The notes under the pieces: model-generated | What the model was told of the DNA's origin: nothing | What the model saw: the letters and a program-made list of their open reading frames with translations, nothing else | The model's database searches: none | Part shown: in pieces, positions 55,528-64,000 of the stretch | How the letters are laid out: every line of letters starts with the position of its first letter | Numbering within the stretch: position 1 is the first letter of the stretch | NCBI GenBank assembly: GCA_965243595.1 | Contig: OZ251569.1 | Span: 1,025,177-1,089,176, forward strand | DNA: 64,000 nt | Reading direction: 5' to 3' | Origin: Thermodesulfobacteriota bacterium | Lineage (GTDB): Bacteria; Desulfobacterota_D; UBA1144; Nemesobacterales; Nemesobacteraceae | Position numbers and translations under genes: made by a program

Positions 55528-56391
55528 TCACAAACCCCCGCGGCCGAGAACCGAAAAAAGCGGAAACCCGTCCCACAGCAGGTACGCCAGGGCCGAGACC
55601 GAGAGGAACGGGCCGTACGGAATGGCCCGGCGGACGCTCTCCCCGCGCAGCGCTATTATAGCGAGACCGGCGGCGGTTCCCAGCAGGGAGCTTGCGAATA
55701 CGACCATTACGACTCCCTCGATCCCGAGAAACGCCCCCAGCATGGAAACGAGCTTCACGTCTCCCATTCCGAGACCTTCGGTCTTTCTGACCTCCCTGTA
55801 GACCCGCGCTATGAGAAAGAAGACTCCTCCTCCGAGAAGGGCGCCCGCTAGGGAATCGAGAATTCCGGCGTTCGGAACCGCGTGGAGGAAGCTTTGCGCC
55901 GCTGGCGAGAAAAGCGCCTCGCCGAGAGCCCCCCAGTCGGTCCTCGCGGCCCCGAGAGCGAGTCCCGCGGCGGTTCCCGGAATCGTCACGGCGTCGGGTA
56001 TCACCATGTGCCTCGAGTCTACGAGGGTCACCACCACCAGGGACGCCGAGAACGCGAGGTAGAAGGCGAACTCGACCGAGGGGCCGAATTTTCCGTAGAG
56101 AGCGAGCGCGAGGACGCCGCAGAGAATTTCCGCGAGCGGGTGCTCCGCCGGTATCCCGGCCCCGCAGTGGGCGCACTTGCCCCGGAGGAGAACGAAGCTT
56201 GCGACCGGAATGTTGTGAAAGGCCCGCAGGGGCGTTTCGCAGGACTCGCAGCGCGACGGCGGGAAGACGACGGAGACCCCCGCGGGGATTCTCCTGGCGC
56301 ACACGCAGGCGAAGCTTCCGAGCGCCGTTCCCAGGGCGAAAAGAAGCGCCCAGACGGCGACGCTTTCGGGGTGGGCGGAAAGGCTCTCCAA
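55528..56391 (-). CDS. pilD: Prepilin peptidase (A24 family, PilD-like)
   Basis: N-terminal tetracysteine CESCETP...CAHCGAGIP, catalytic Asp regions (VDSRHMVIPD... and GMGDVKL), and eight transmembrane helices. Confidence 0.85.
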   Translation of the reverse strand: MESLSAHPESVAVWALLFALGTALGSFACVCARRIPAGVSVVFPPSRCESCETPLRAFHNIPVASFVLLRGKCAHCGAGIPAEHPLAEILCGVLALALYGKFGPSVEFAFYLAFSASLVVVTLVDSRHMVIPDAVTIPGTAAGLALGAARTDWGALGEALFSPAAQSFLHAVPNAGILDSLAGALLGGGVFFLIARVYREVRKTEGLGMGDVKLVSMLGAFLGIEGVVMVVFASSLLGTAAGLAIIALRGESVRRAIPYGPFLSVSALAYLLWDGFPLFSVLGRGGL

Positions 56392-56406
56392 GACGGCCCC
56401 GGCCCG

Positions 56407-58533
56407 CTACCGCGTCTTCCCGACGCTTCTTTCGGCGAGTTCGCCCAGCGCCCTGTCGAAATGTCTCGCGCAGAGCTTGAGGACTTTCCTGTTCTTCCGC
56501 AGGTGTTCCCTGACCGCGTGCAGGGACGCCCTGTCGCACGCGAGCCGTATCTCCGCCCCCGTTCTGCCCTCGAGCGCGGCGGCGATTTCGCGGATTCTCA
56601 CGTCGCTTGCCAGGGGCTTTTTGCGCGTGTGGATCTTTACTATCTCCAGTATCTCCTTTCCGGAAGGAGGAGGAATTTCGAGCACCAGGTCGAACCTTCC
56701 GGGCCTGAGAAGCGCGGGGTCGATCATGTCGGGCCTGTTCGTCGCCGCCAGCACGCAGACGTCGGGAAGCTCCTCCACGCCGTCTATCTCGGAGAGCATC
56801 TGGCTTACGACCCTCTCGCTCACCCGCGTCGTATTTCCCTCCGAGCGCCTGGGGCAGAGCGCGTCGATCTCGTCGAAAAACACCATGCACGGGGAGACCT
56901 GCTTGGCCTTTCCGAAAACCTCCCTGACCGCCCGCTCGGATTCTCCCACGTACTTCGAGAGAAGCTCGGCCCCCTTCACGGAAATGAAGTTCACCTCGAT
57001 CTTGTTCGCAAGCGCCCTGGCCAGAAGGGTCTTTCCCGTTCCGGGAGGGCCGTGGAGCAGTATTCCCTTCGGGGACTTCGCGTCCATCGCCTCGTAGAAG
57101 TTCCTGTGCTTCATCGGCCATATGACCGATTCCACCAGCTCGCTCTTGACTTCCCCGAGACCTCCGACCTCCTCCCACGACGTTCGGGGAATCTCGGCGA
57201 CTATTTCCCTTATGGCGCTCGGGGGGACGTTTCGAAGAGCCTCGAGAAAATCTTCCATGCGGACGGAGACGGCGAAGGGACGCTCCGCGTCCGAGGCGGC
57301 GTCTTCCTCCATGTCCGGCAGCACGTCGGCAAGCGAATTCATCGCGGCCTCCCTGCACAGGTTCTCTATGTCGGCTCCCGTGCAGCCGCTTGAAAGTTCG
57401 CACAGCCTGTGCAGGTCGACGTCTTTCGAAAGGGGCATGTCGGCCGAGTGAACCTGGAATATCTCCAGCCGCGCCTTCATGTCCGGCACGGGAAGGCGGA
57501 TTTCCCGGTCGAAGCGCCCCGGGCGCCTAAGGGCGGGGTCGAGCGCTTCGGGACGGCTGGTCGCCCCGATCACCGCGACGTCTTCCCTGGCGCCCAGGCC
57601 GTCCATGAGGGAGAGAAGCTGGGCCACCACTCTTTTCTCGACGTCCCCGGTCGCCTTGTCCCGCCTGGGAGCCACGGCGTCGATTTCGTCGAGGAATATC
57701 ACGGCCGGCCGGTTTTTCGCCGCGTCTTCGAATATCCCGCGAAGCTTGGCCTCGCTCTCCCCGTAGAACCTGTGAATTATCTCGGGACCGGTTACCGCGT
57801 AAAAATTCGAATTCGTTTCGTGCGCCGCGGCCCTGGCCAGCAGGGTCTTTCCCGTTCCCGACGGACCGGTAAGCAGGATCCCTCTCGGCGGCTTGACTCC
57901 CAGCTTCTCGAAAAGCGCGGGGAACCGCGCCGGAAACTCGAGCATCTCCCGTATCCTCTCTATCTGGCCGGAGAGCCCTCCCACGTCCCCGTAGGAGACT
58001 CTCTCGGAGCCGGTCTTCGCTCTCGGTCTCGCCACCACGTCCATGCGGGTTTTCCGGCTCACCACCACCGACGCCCCGGGCGTGGTGTCGAGCACGTCGA
58101 AATCCTCGGTCGAGGCCCCGGACATCTTAACCGAGAGCCTGTCTCCCGCGGTCACCGCTATGCCCTCGAGCCTGTCCGAAAGACGCCTGCTCCTGGCGGG
58201 GTCGTAGAGAAACGCCTTGTTCCTGGGGCACAGGGTCACCCTGCTCGCCTTTTCCGCGTCCGTCTTCTTCACTATCACGATGTCGTCGAGCTCGACTCCC
58301 GCGTTCTCCCTGGTCACCAGGTCTATCTCTATGACGGGCTCAGCGTCTCCGTTCTCCGCCTCTATGGGAAGCGCCCTCACCACGGTCTTTCTTCTTCCGT
58401 CTATCTGTACGAGGTCCCAGGAGCTTACGCCCAGGTTCCTCATGTCGGAACCGCTTATCCGGGCGTAGCCCTTGTTGCAGTCCCTGGAGTGGATTTCGGA
58501 GATTCTGAGAGATATCATCGCGCCGCCTTTCAA
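56407..58533 (-). CDS. Cdc48/VCP-like AAA+ ATPase with two AAA domains
   Basis: Cdc48 N-domain-like start, then two Walker A motifs (GILLTGPSGTGKTLLARA and GILLHGPPGTGKTLLARA) with Walker B DEID. Confidence 0.85.
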   Translation of the reverse strand: MKGGAMISLRISEIHSRDCNKGYARISGSDMRNLGVSSWDLVQIDGRRKTVVRALPIEAENGDAEPVIEIDLVTRENAGVELDDIVIVKKTDAEKASRVTLCPRNKAFLYDPARSRRLSDRLEGIAVTAGDRLSVKMSGASTEDFDVLDTTPGASVVVSRKTRMDVVARPRAKTGSERVSYGDVGGLSGQIERIREMLEFPARFPALFEKLGVKPPRGILLTGPSGTGKTLLARAAAHETNSNFYAVTGPEIIHRFYGESEAKLRGIFEDAAKNRPAVIFLDEIDAVAPRRDKATGDVEKRVVAQLLSLMDGLGAREDVAVIGATSRPEALDPALRRPGRFDREIRLPVPDMKARLEIFQVHSADMPLSKDVDLHRLCELSSGCTGADIENLCREAAMNSLADVLPDMEEDAASDAERPFAVSVRMEDFLEALRNVPPSAIREIVAEIPRTSWEEVGGLGEVKSELVESVIWPMKHRNFYEAMDAKSPKGILLHGPPGTGKTLLARALANKIEVNFISVKGAELLSKYVGESERAVREVFGKAKQVSPCMVFFDEIDALCPRRSEGNTTRVSERVVSQMLSEIDGVEELPDVCVLAATNRPDMIDPALLRPGRFDLVLEIPPPSGKEILEIVKIHTRKKPLASDVRIREIAAALEGRTGAEIRLACDRASLHAVREHLRKNRKVLKLCARHFDRALGELAERSVGKTR

Positions 58534-58624
58534 AAAAGATATTAACGCTTAAAATCTTACGGTCAAGAACTCCCGGACGGCCGGGAAACGGGCCGTTTTC
58601 CGCGGGCGAAGCGGGGCGCATCGA

Positions 58625-59716
58625 GTGGAATTAAGACACCTGACGCTTAGAAACTACAGAAACTACGAAAGCCTGTCCCTGTCCTTCGGCCCGGGACTGA
58701 ACGTCGTTCACGGCAGAAACGCCCAGGGCAAGACCAACCTGCTCGAGGCCGTGCACCTGGTCTGCGCGCTCCGGCCGTTTTCCGGCGCCAGGAATCGCGA
58801 ACTCGTCCGTTTCGGATCGCCGGCCGCCGTGGCCAAGGGAGAGATTTTCGCCGGAAGCGGTCTGAACGAGATGCACGTGACGGTGAGCGGGGAGGGCAGG
58901 CGCGCGCGTCTCAACGGAAAGGCCGTCCGGAGCACGAGCCAGCACTTCGGCAGGTTCAAGGTGGTCGTGTTTCTTCCCTCCGACGTGGAGATAGTCAAGG
59001 GAGGACTCCAGTCCAGGAGAAACTACGTGGATTCCGTCATAAGCGCCATGCATCCCGCCCACATAAAACAGCTTCGGGACTACCAGAGGGCCCTGGGGCA
59101 GAGAAACCGCATGCTCGCTTCGGGAGAGAAGGCGTCTTCGCTCTCGATGGAGCCGTGGGACGCCCAGATCGCCCGAAACGGCGCGGCGGTGGTTGCGAGG
59201 CGGATAGAGACGATAAGGAGGCTCAACCGCAGGCTCGGGGAGATTTACGGCGAGCGCGGGGAATCGGACGGCGCGGCGGCCGTAAGCTACGGGACTTCCT
59301 TCGAACGGGGCGAAGACGCGGAGGGAAGCCTTCGCGAAGCTCTTTCGCGAAGCTTCGCGTCGGACAGGAAAAGGGGCCATACGACCGTGGGTCCCCACAG
59401 GGACCGCGTCGGCTTTCTGATCGACGGAAAGGACGCCTCGCGCTTCGCCTCCCAGGGACAGTCGAAGAACCTGGTTCTGGCCCTCAAGTCCTGCGAGATA
59501 AGGCTTTTCAACGAGCAGGCGGGAGTGAACCCCATACTTCTGCTCGACGACATAACGAGCGAGCTCGACGTGAAGAGGAAAAGCTTTCTTTTCAGAACTC
59601 TCTCGGAATTTCCGGGGCAGGTCTTCGTCACTTCGACCGACAGAAGCGAGATACCGGTCCGCAGGGAGTTCCGGTCGTTTCTGATCGACTCGGGCCGCGC
59701 GCGGGCGGATTCCTGA
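58625..59716 (+). CDS. recF: DNA replication and repair protein RecF
   Basis: GTG start. LTLRNYRNY...LNVVHGRNAQGKTNLLEAV Walker A and a C-terminal ABC-type signature with DD. Confidence 0.9.
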   Translation: MELRHLTLRNYRNYESLSLSFGPGLNVVHGRNAQGKTNLLEAVHLVCALRPFSGARNRELVRFGSPAAVAKGEIFAGSGLNEMHVTVSGEGRRARLNGKAVRSTSQHFGRFKVVVFLPSDVEIVKGGLQSRRNYVDSVISAMHPAHIKQLRDYQRALGQRNRMLASGEKASSLSMEPWDAQIARNGAAVVARRIETIRRLNRRLGEIYGERGESDGAAAVSYGTSFERGEDAEGSLREALSRSFASDRKRGHTTVGPHRDRVGFLIDGKDASRFASQGQSKNLVLALKSCEIRLFNEQAGVNPILLLDDITSELDVKRKSFLFRTLSEFPGQVFVTSTDRSEIPVRREFRSFLIDSGRARADS

Positions 59717-59805
59717 CCGGTCGGCCGCCGCGGCTGATTGGTTTTTGCGGACCGCGGCGTGTAGATTAAGCGGCATACGGCGCTTCCAAAGGAGAAAAGG
59801 CTCAC

Positions 59806-60699
59806 ATGGACATAAAGACGATAGACCTCAATTTCTTTTCGCCCGAAACGATAGCTTCCTACCTGATCGAGACGGCCGAGGGTCCCGTGCTGATGGAGAC
59901 CGGTCCCGACACCACCTTCGGAAACCTGGAAAGAGGGCTCTCGGAACTCGGCTACGCTCCCGCCGACGTCCGGCACGTGTTCGTCACCCACATCCACCTC
60001 GATCATTCGGGAGGAGCCTGGCGTTTCGCCGAGGCGGGTTCCACCGTGTACGTTCACCCGAGGGGAGCGCCGCATCTCGTCGACCCGGAGAAGCTCGTGA
60101 AGTCGGCGACAATGATATACGGAGACAGGATGGACGAGCTGTGGGGGCGGGTCCGCGGAATGGACGGGGACAGGGTGGTCGCCCTGGGCGACGCGGAGAG
60201 CGTGAGCATAGGCGGTCTCGAGATAAGGGCTTTCGACACTCCCGGGCACGCCGGACATCACAACGCCTACCTCGTCCGGGGAGTTCTCTTCACGGGCGAC
60301 GTGGCCGGATGCAGGATTTCCTCGGGACCCGTCATTCCCCCCACGCCGCCGCCCGAGATAAACGTCGAAAAATGGCACGCGTCCATAGACAGGATAAGGG
60401 AGATATCTCCCGACATGCTCTACCCGACCCATTTCGGCGGATTCTCCGACGTGGACGCCCAGCTCGACGCGCTTTCCGACAGACTGGACGAGTGGACGCG
60501 GTGGGTGGGAGAGCGGATTTCGGCCGGAAGGACAGAAGAAGACGTGAAGGAGGAGTTTCGCGCCTACAGCAGGGAAATCTTCGACGCGGAAGGCGCGGGC
60601 GAGGAACTGTACGCCAAGTACGAGCTTTCCGACCCTTACTGGATGAACCTGGGCGGGCTTGCCAGGTACTGGAGAAAGTACAGGACCTCCGACTCCTGA
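59806..60699 (+). CDS. MBL-fold metallo-hydrolase
   Basis: HVFVTHIHLDHSGG zinc-binding motif. Confidence 0.8.
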   Translation: MDIKTIDLNFFSPETIASYLIETAEGPVLMETGPDTTFGNLERGLSELGYAPADVRHVFVTHIHLDHSGGAWRFAEAGSTVYVHPRGAPHLVDPEKLVKSATMIYGDRMDELWGRVRGMDGDRVVALGDAESVSIGGLEIRAFDTPGHAGHHNAYLVRGVLFTGDVAGCRISSGPVIPPTPPPEINVEKWHASIDRIREISPDMLYPTHFGGFSDVDAQLDALSDRLDEWTRWVGERISAGRTEEDVKEEFRAYSREIFDAEGAGEELYAKYELSDPYWMNLGGLARYWRKYRTSDS

Positions 60700-60756
60700 C
60701 GGCCTCTCCCCGCTTTGTCTTCTTCGCGGACTGTCGTTATAATACGAAATTCGGGT

Positions 60757-60829
60757 CGGGGTGTGGCGCAGCTGGAAGCGCGCAGCATTTGGGATGCTGA
60801 GGTCGGAGGTTCGAGCCCTCTCACCCCGA
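60757..60829 (+). tRNA. tRNA-Pro (anticodon UGG), followed by an encoded CCA
   Basis: Acceptor CGGGGTG/CACCCCG, anticodon stem CAGCA/TGCTG with loop TTTGGGA, T arm GGAGG-TTCGAGC-CCTCT. Confidence 0.85.
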
Positions 60830-60873
60830 CCAGTTTTCCCGAGTTCGCAAAGGTTTTCCGTGTGGATTTTCCC

Positions 60874-60947
<74 letters not shown>

Positions 60948-61138
60948 CTCCACCTCCGGGACAGAAAGCCGAAGCTTCGCGCTCCCGTCCGAAGCCGCGC
61001 GACGAGGCGGTTTTTCGCCGTCCGGCGAGACGGGTCGGCCGAACCGGCAGGGCCCGGCGCGTTGCCGGACTCTTTGATTCGCATTGTCCCATGTAGTATC
61101 TTTTCCATACTCGGTATCTTCGGTCGAGTCGGAGTCTC

Positions 61139-63040
61139 ATGCGGAGAGAAAGCTTGATGAGGGCCCTGCCCGTTGTAGGAATCTTTTGTCTGTTCGGGTT
61201 GTTCGGCTGCGGGGGAGGCGGTGGAAACGGGCCGAGCCAACCTTCCGACGCGGGCGGCGCCCGGAGCGCCGAGGAAGCTTCCGCCGTCCGGGCGGAAGCG
61301 GAAGTGGAGAGCCTTTGCTCCGGCGTCCGGTCCGATTTCTGCGAGAGGGCTTTGCAGATAATGGACGACTGGAGGTCGGGGAGAATCACCGACGGGGAAT
61401 TTGTCGACCGGATAGACGACTTGAGGAGAAGTCGGGAGAGCCCGGACGAAGCCGACGGCGGGGGGAGTGCCGGGGGCGGCTCCGGCCCCCCGGGCCGGGA
61501 ACCGTCCGGCGGAAGCGGCGACGAAACCGCCCCCCGGCGGGAAGCGGAAACCTCGGGCATCTCGTCGGCTTACGCCCCCGGTCCTTACGCCGTCGGCGTG
61601 AAGAGGAACTTCGTCAAGGATTTTTCCAGGCCGTTCGACTCCTGGGGCGCGACGTACAAAAGTGCCGCTTATCGGGAATTGCTGACGAGAATCGCCGCCA
61701 GCGGCGAACCCAGCACGACGGCGACGAACATCTATTATCCGTCTCCGTCCGGCGGTACGCGCGTACGGCGTAGGGAAAACATCTACCCCGGGGCGCTGTG
61801 GGCTGCGGCGAGCGGTACGCGCGGGGGGTCCCAAAGCTACGCGGACGCCCCGTTGCAGGAAGGGAGTTTCCCGCTGGTCGTCATGATACACGGTCTCGGC
61901 GGCGGCTTTTCGACCTGGAGCCGCGCGGCCGAGTATCTCGCCAGCCACGGCTACATAGTGGTCAATCTGGCCCATACGTCCGACAGCGGGAGCACGCCCG
62001 TTTTTGAAGATCCCAATTCCTTTTTTGCGAAAGCGGTCAGCGACGATGAACTTGCGGCCGCGGCCCGGCTTCGCGCCTCCCAGGCGTCGGCGCCCGTTTT
62101 CAGCGGCTTCTTCGAGTACCTCTACGGTCGGGAAGGGAGCGTATCCAACCCTTCCGGGTTCGTGGCGCGCCCGGGCGGCGGACTGGTGGCCGCGCAAATG
62201 ATGTCGTCTCTGTTCGAGCAGCGCACCGAAGACGTCAAGGCGATCATTCGGGAAATGAAGAATTTGGGCGCTTCGGAGTCCGACTGCCGCACGGCTCTGG
62301 AAAGAACCGGCGTCCGCAAGGACATCTGCGGTTTCTTCGAAGGGGCGGTGGACGGCGCGCAGGTCGGCGTCATGGGTCACTCCCTAGGGGCGATCACCTC
62401 GCAGTCGGCCCTGACCTTCCTGCCGGACGTCGACACGGCCGTCGCCTTCAATAACGGTCTGCCCAGGCGGTGGGAGCCCTACGACGGTTTTCCCAACAGC
62501 TCCGCGACCGGATTGCCCGACGGCGTGCCGAAGGACTTTCTGATCGTGATCGGGTCGGATGACTACTTCGTGCACAGGGTGTTCCGCGAAATCCATCTGA
62601 AATGGTTCGAAGACGCCGGCGGAGACGTCAGCGAGAACTATCCGCTCGCCGTCGAGCGGGTCTGGCCCACGGCGGACAACCCGCAGCCCATCGCCCGCGC
62701 AGCCTACGAACGCGCGCAGAGAGCGAAGGCGTTGATCATGTTCCGCGACCAGGGCCACGACACGGCGACGGATTACGATTTCAACCCCGAGAGCCCCGGC
62801 GCGACGAAGACGGGGCGGCGCGTTCCTCTCGACCGCGACGCTACGGGAACCGAGAGCTATACAATCGACCCGTGGGTCAGGGACGGGGGAGGAGATGTGT
62901 TCTTGCCGCACCAGATGCGCAACTATTTCATCACCGCGTGGTTCGACTGGCAGCTCAAAGGCTCCGAAGCCGCCAGAACAAGGTTTCTCAATCACCCGTT
63001 CGGAAGACATGTGCGACAGTTTCTGCACGAAAAGATCTGA
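61139..63040 (+). CDS. Lipoprotein with an alpha/beta-hydrolase (lipase/esterase-like) domain
   Basis: Lipobox LFGC plus a Gly/Ser/Ala-rich linker. Nucleophile elbow VMGHSLGA. Confidence 0.6.
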   Translation: MRRESLMRALPVVGIFCLFGLFGCGGGGGNGPSQPSDAGGARSAEEASAVRAEAEVESLCSGVRSDFCERALQIMDDWRSGRITDGEFVDRIDDLRRSRESPDEADGGGSAGGGSGPPGREPSGGSGDETAPRREAETSGISSAYAPGPYAVGVKRNFVKDFSRPFDSWGATYKSAAYRELLTRIAASGEPSTTATNIYYPSPSGGTRVRRRENIYPGALWAAASGTRGGSQSYADAPLQEGSFPLVVMIHGLGGGFSTWSRAAEYLASHGYIVVNLAHTSDSGSTPVFEDPNSFFAKAVSDDELAAAARLRASQASAPVFSGFFEYLYGREGSVSNPSGFVARPGGGLVAAQMMSSLFEQRTEDVKAIIREMKNLGASESDCRTALERTGVRKDICGFFEGAVDGAQVGVMGHSLGAITSQSALTFLPDVDTAVAFNNGLPRRWEPYDGFPNSSATGLPDGVPKDFLIVIGSDDYFVHRVFREIHLKWFEDAGGDVSENYPLAVERVWPTADNPQPIARAAYERAQRAKALIMFRDQGHDTATDYDFNPESPGATKTGRRVPLDRDATGTESYTIDPWVRDGGGDVFLPHQMRNYFITAWFDWQLKGSEAARTRFLNHPFGRHVRQFLHEKI

Positions 63041-63212
63041 AGAGAGGTTCGAAGCGGTATCTTTACGAACGGAAGCTCGACCCGCTTGCGAAAATCCGCT
63101 GTCGTCCGCAGTCCGGGCGACTGGCCGCGGGAAAATTCTTCCGGTCTGGAATTCCTTCCGGCTTTGTGAATAATATGGATAATGATTTTGGAAAGCGGGG
63201 TTGAGTTCCGAA

Positions 63213-64000
63213 ATGCCTAAGGTAGACAACAGAATACTGTCCTGGGCCCGGGAGACGATCGGGCTGTCCGTTGCAGAAGCCGCGAAAAAGCTGGGCATCG
63301 GGGACGGAAAAACCGCAAGCGTCGAGGAAAAGCTGCTCGCCTACGAAGACGGAACGAAGGATCCGTCGGAAAGCATGCTGGTGAGAATGTCCAGGGTATA
63401 CCGCCGGCCGCTTTTGACGTTTTACCTGAACAATCCGCCGAGAAAAGGAGACAGGGGACAGGATTTCCGGACTCTTCCTCACCGTGGTTTCTTGACAAGG
63501 GAAAACTTTTACGTGGACGTGATCATCAGAGACGTGAGAGCGAGACAAAGTGCCCTGAAGGAATTTCTGGTTGACGAGGACGAAGCCGAACCTCTTGCGT
63601 TTATAGGCAAAAGCACCGTGAACCACGGTCTGAAGAAAGTGGTTCGGACGATTCGGGAAATTATCGACATCGATCTTGGGGAATATCGCCGGCAGAGCAG
63701 TCACAGGGAAGCCTTCAAGGTCTTGCGCGAGAAGGCGGAAGCCTCGGGAATTTTCATCCTACTCAAAGGCAACCTGGGTTCCTATCACACCGACATCGAC
63801 ACGACCGTCTTCAGGGGTTTTTCCCTGTCCGATGAGATAGCTCCCTTTATCGTGATCAACGATCTGGACAACGTCGCCGCATGGAGTTTCACCCTGTTGC
63901 ACGAGATTGTCCATCTCGTGCTGGGACAGACCGGCGTAAGCGGTTCATATGAGGAAGGCGCGGGAGGAACGGAGAAGTTCTGCAACGATGTCGCGAGCGA
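63213..64000 (+). CDS. XRE-family HTH protein fused to an ImmA/IrrE-type metallopeptidase domain (3'-partial at the window end)
   Basis: N-terminal HTH (ILSWARETIGLSVAEAAKKLGI) and a downstream HEXXH (TLLHEIVHLVLG). No stop codon before the window ends. Confidence 0.65.
   Translation, partial: MPKVDNRILSWARETIGLSVAEAAKKLGIGDGKTASVEEKLLAYEDGTKDPSESMLVRMSRVYRRPLLTFYLNNPPRKGDRGQDFRTLPHRGFLTRENFYVDVIIRDVRARQSALKEFLVDEDEAEPLAFIGKSTVNHGLKKVVRTIREIIDIDLGEYRRQSSHREAFKVLREKAEASGIFILLKGNLGSYHTDIDTTVFRGFSLSDEIAPFIVINDLDNVAAWSFTLLHEIVHLVLGQTGVSGSYEEGAGGTEKFCNDVAS

Overview
A 64-kb window of a high-GC bacterial chromosome, roughly 65% GC, with one AT-rich insertion at about 20.1-23.8 kb. Most of it is ordinary housekeeping genes: priA, glnE, nuoF-like, gatB, ddl, lysA, a hemD-hemE fusion followed by hemH and hemY, queG, obg, recF, and tRNA-Thr, tRNA-Pro and tRNA-Arg. 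The notable content is one family of surface proteins, present in three places: (1) At 15-7718 there is a 5'-truncated giant autotransporter-like adhesin. It is built from about 110-aa Calx-beta/Ig-like repeats, carries a near-identical 1689-bp internal tandem duplication, and ends in a beta-barrel translocator. (2) At 7.7-10.2 kb a module is repeated three times. Each copy holds the last ~300 bp of the autotransporter gene and a small tail-anchored coiled-coil (XhlA-like) gene on the opposite strand; one copy carries an expanded 33-bp tandem repeat. (3) At 38.4-48.8 kb there are four tandem paralogous cassettes. Each has a near-consensus sigma70 promoter (TTGACA-N18-TATAGT/TATAAT), a poly-G tract upstream of the -35, a poly-C tract of 9-13 nt inside the 5' coding region, a hypervariable N-terminal domain, Calx-beta domains, a conserved two-Cys module shared with the giant adhesin, and a conserved C-terminal tail. 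That tail has three parts: GGGGCAISGENRF, a transmembrane helix, and RFRKRGRR. A rhomboid intramembrane protease lies 1.5 kb downstream, beyond tRNA-Thr and a phosphofructokinase gene. I read this as a candidate contingency-locus array (phase varied by slipped-strand mispairing) with a putative rhomboid-type (rhombosortase-like) sorting system that I cannot match confidently to GlyGly-CTERM, MYXO-CTERM, Synerg-CTERM or PEP-CTERM. The AT-rich segment carries a type II restriction-modification pair and a decayed vapBC remnant beside gatB. The window ends, after tRNA-Pro and tRNA-Arg, with a lipoprotein hydrolase and an XRE-ImmA fusion regulator that may mark an integrated element.
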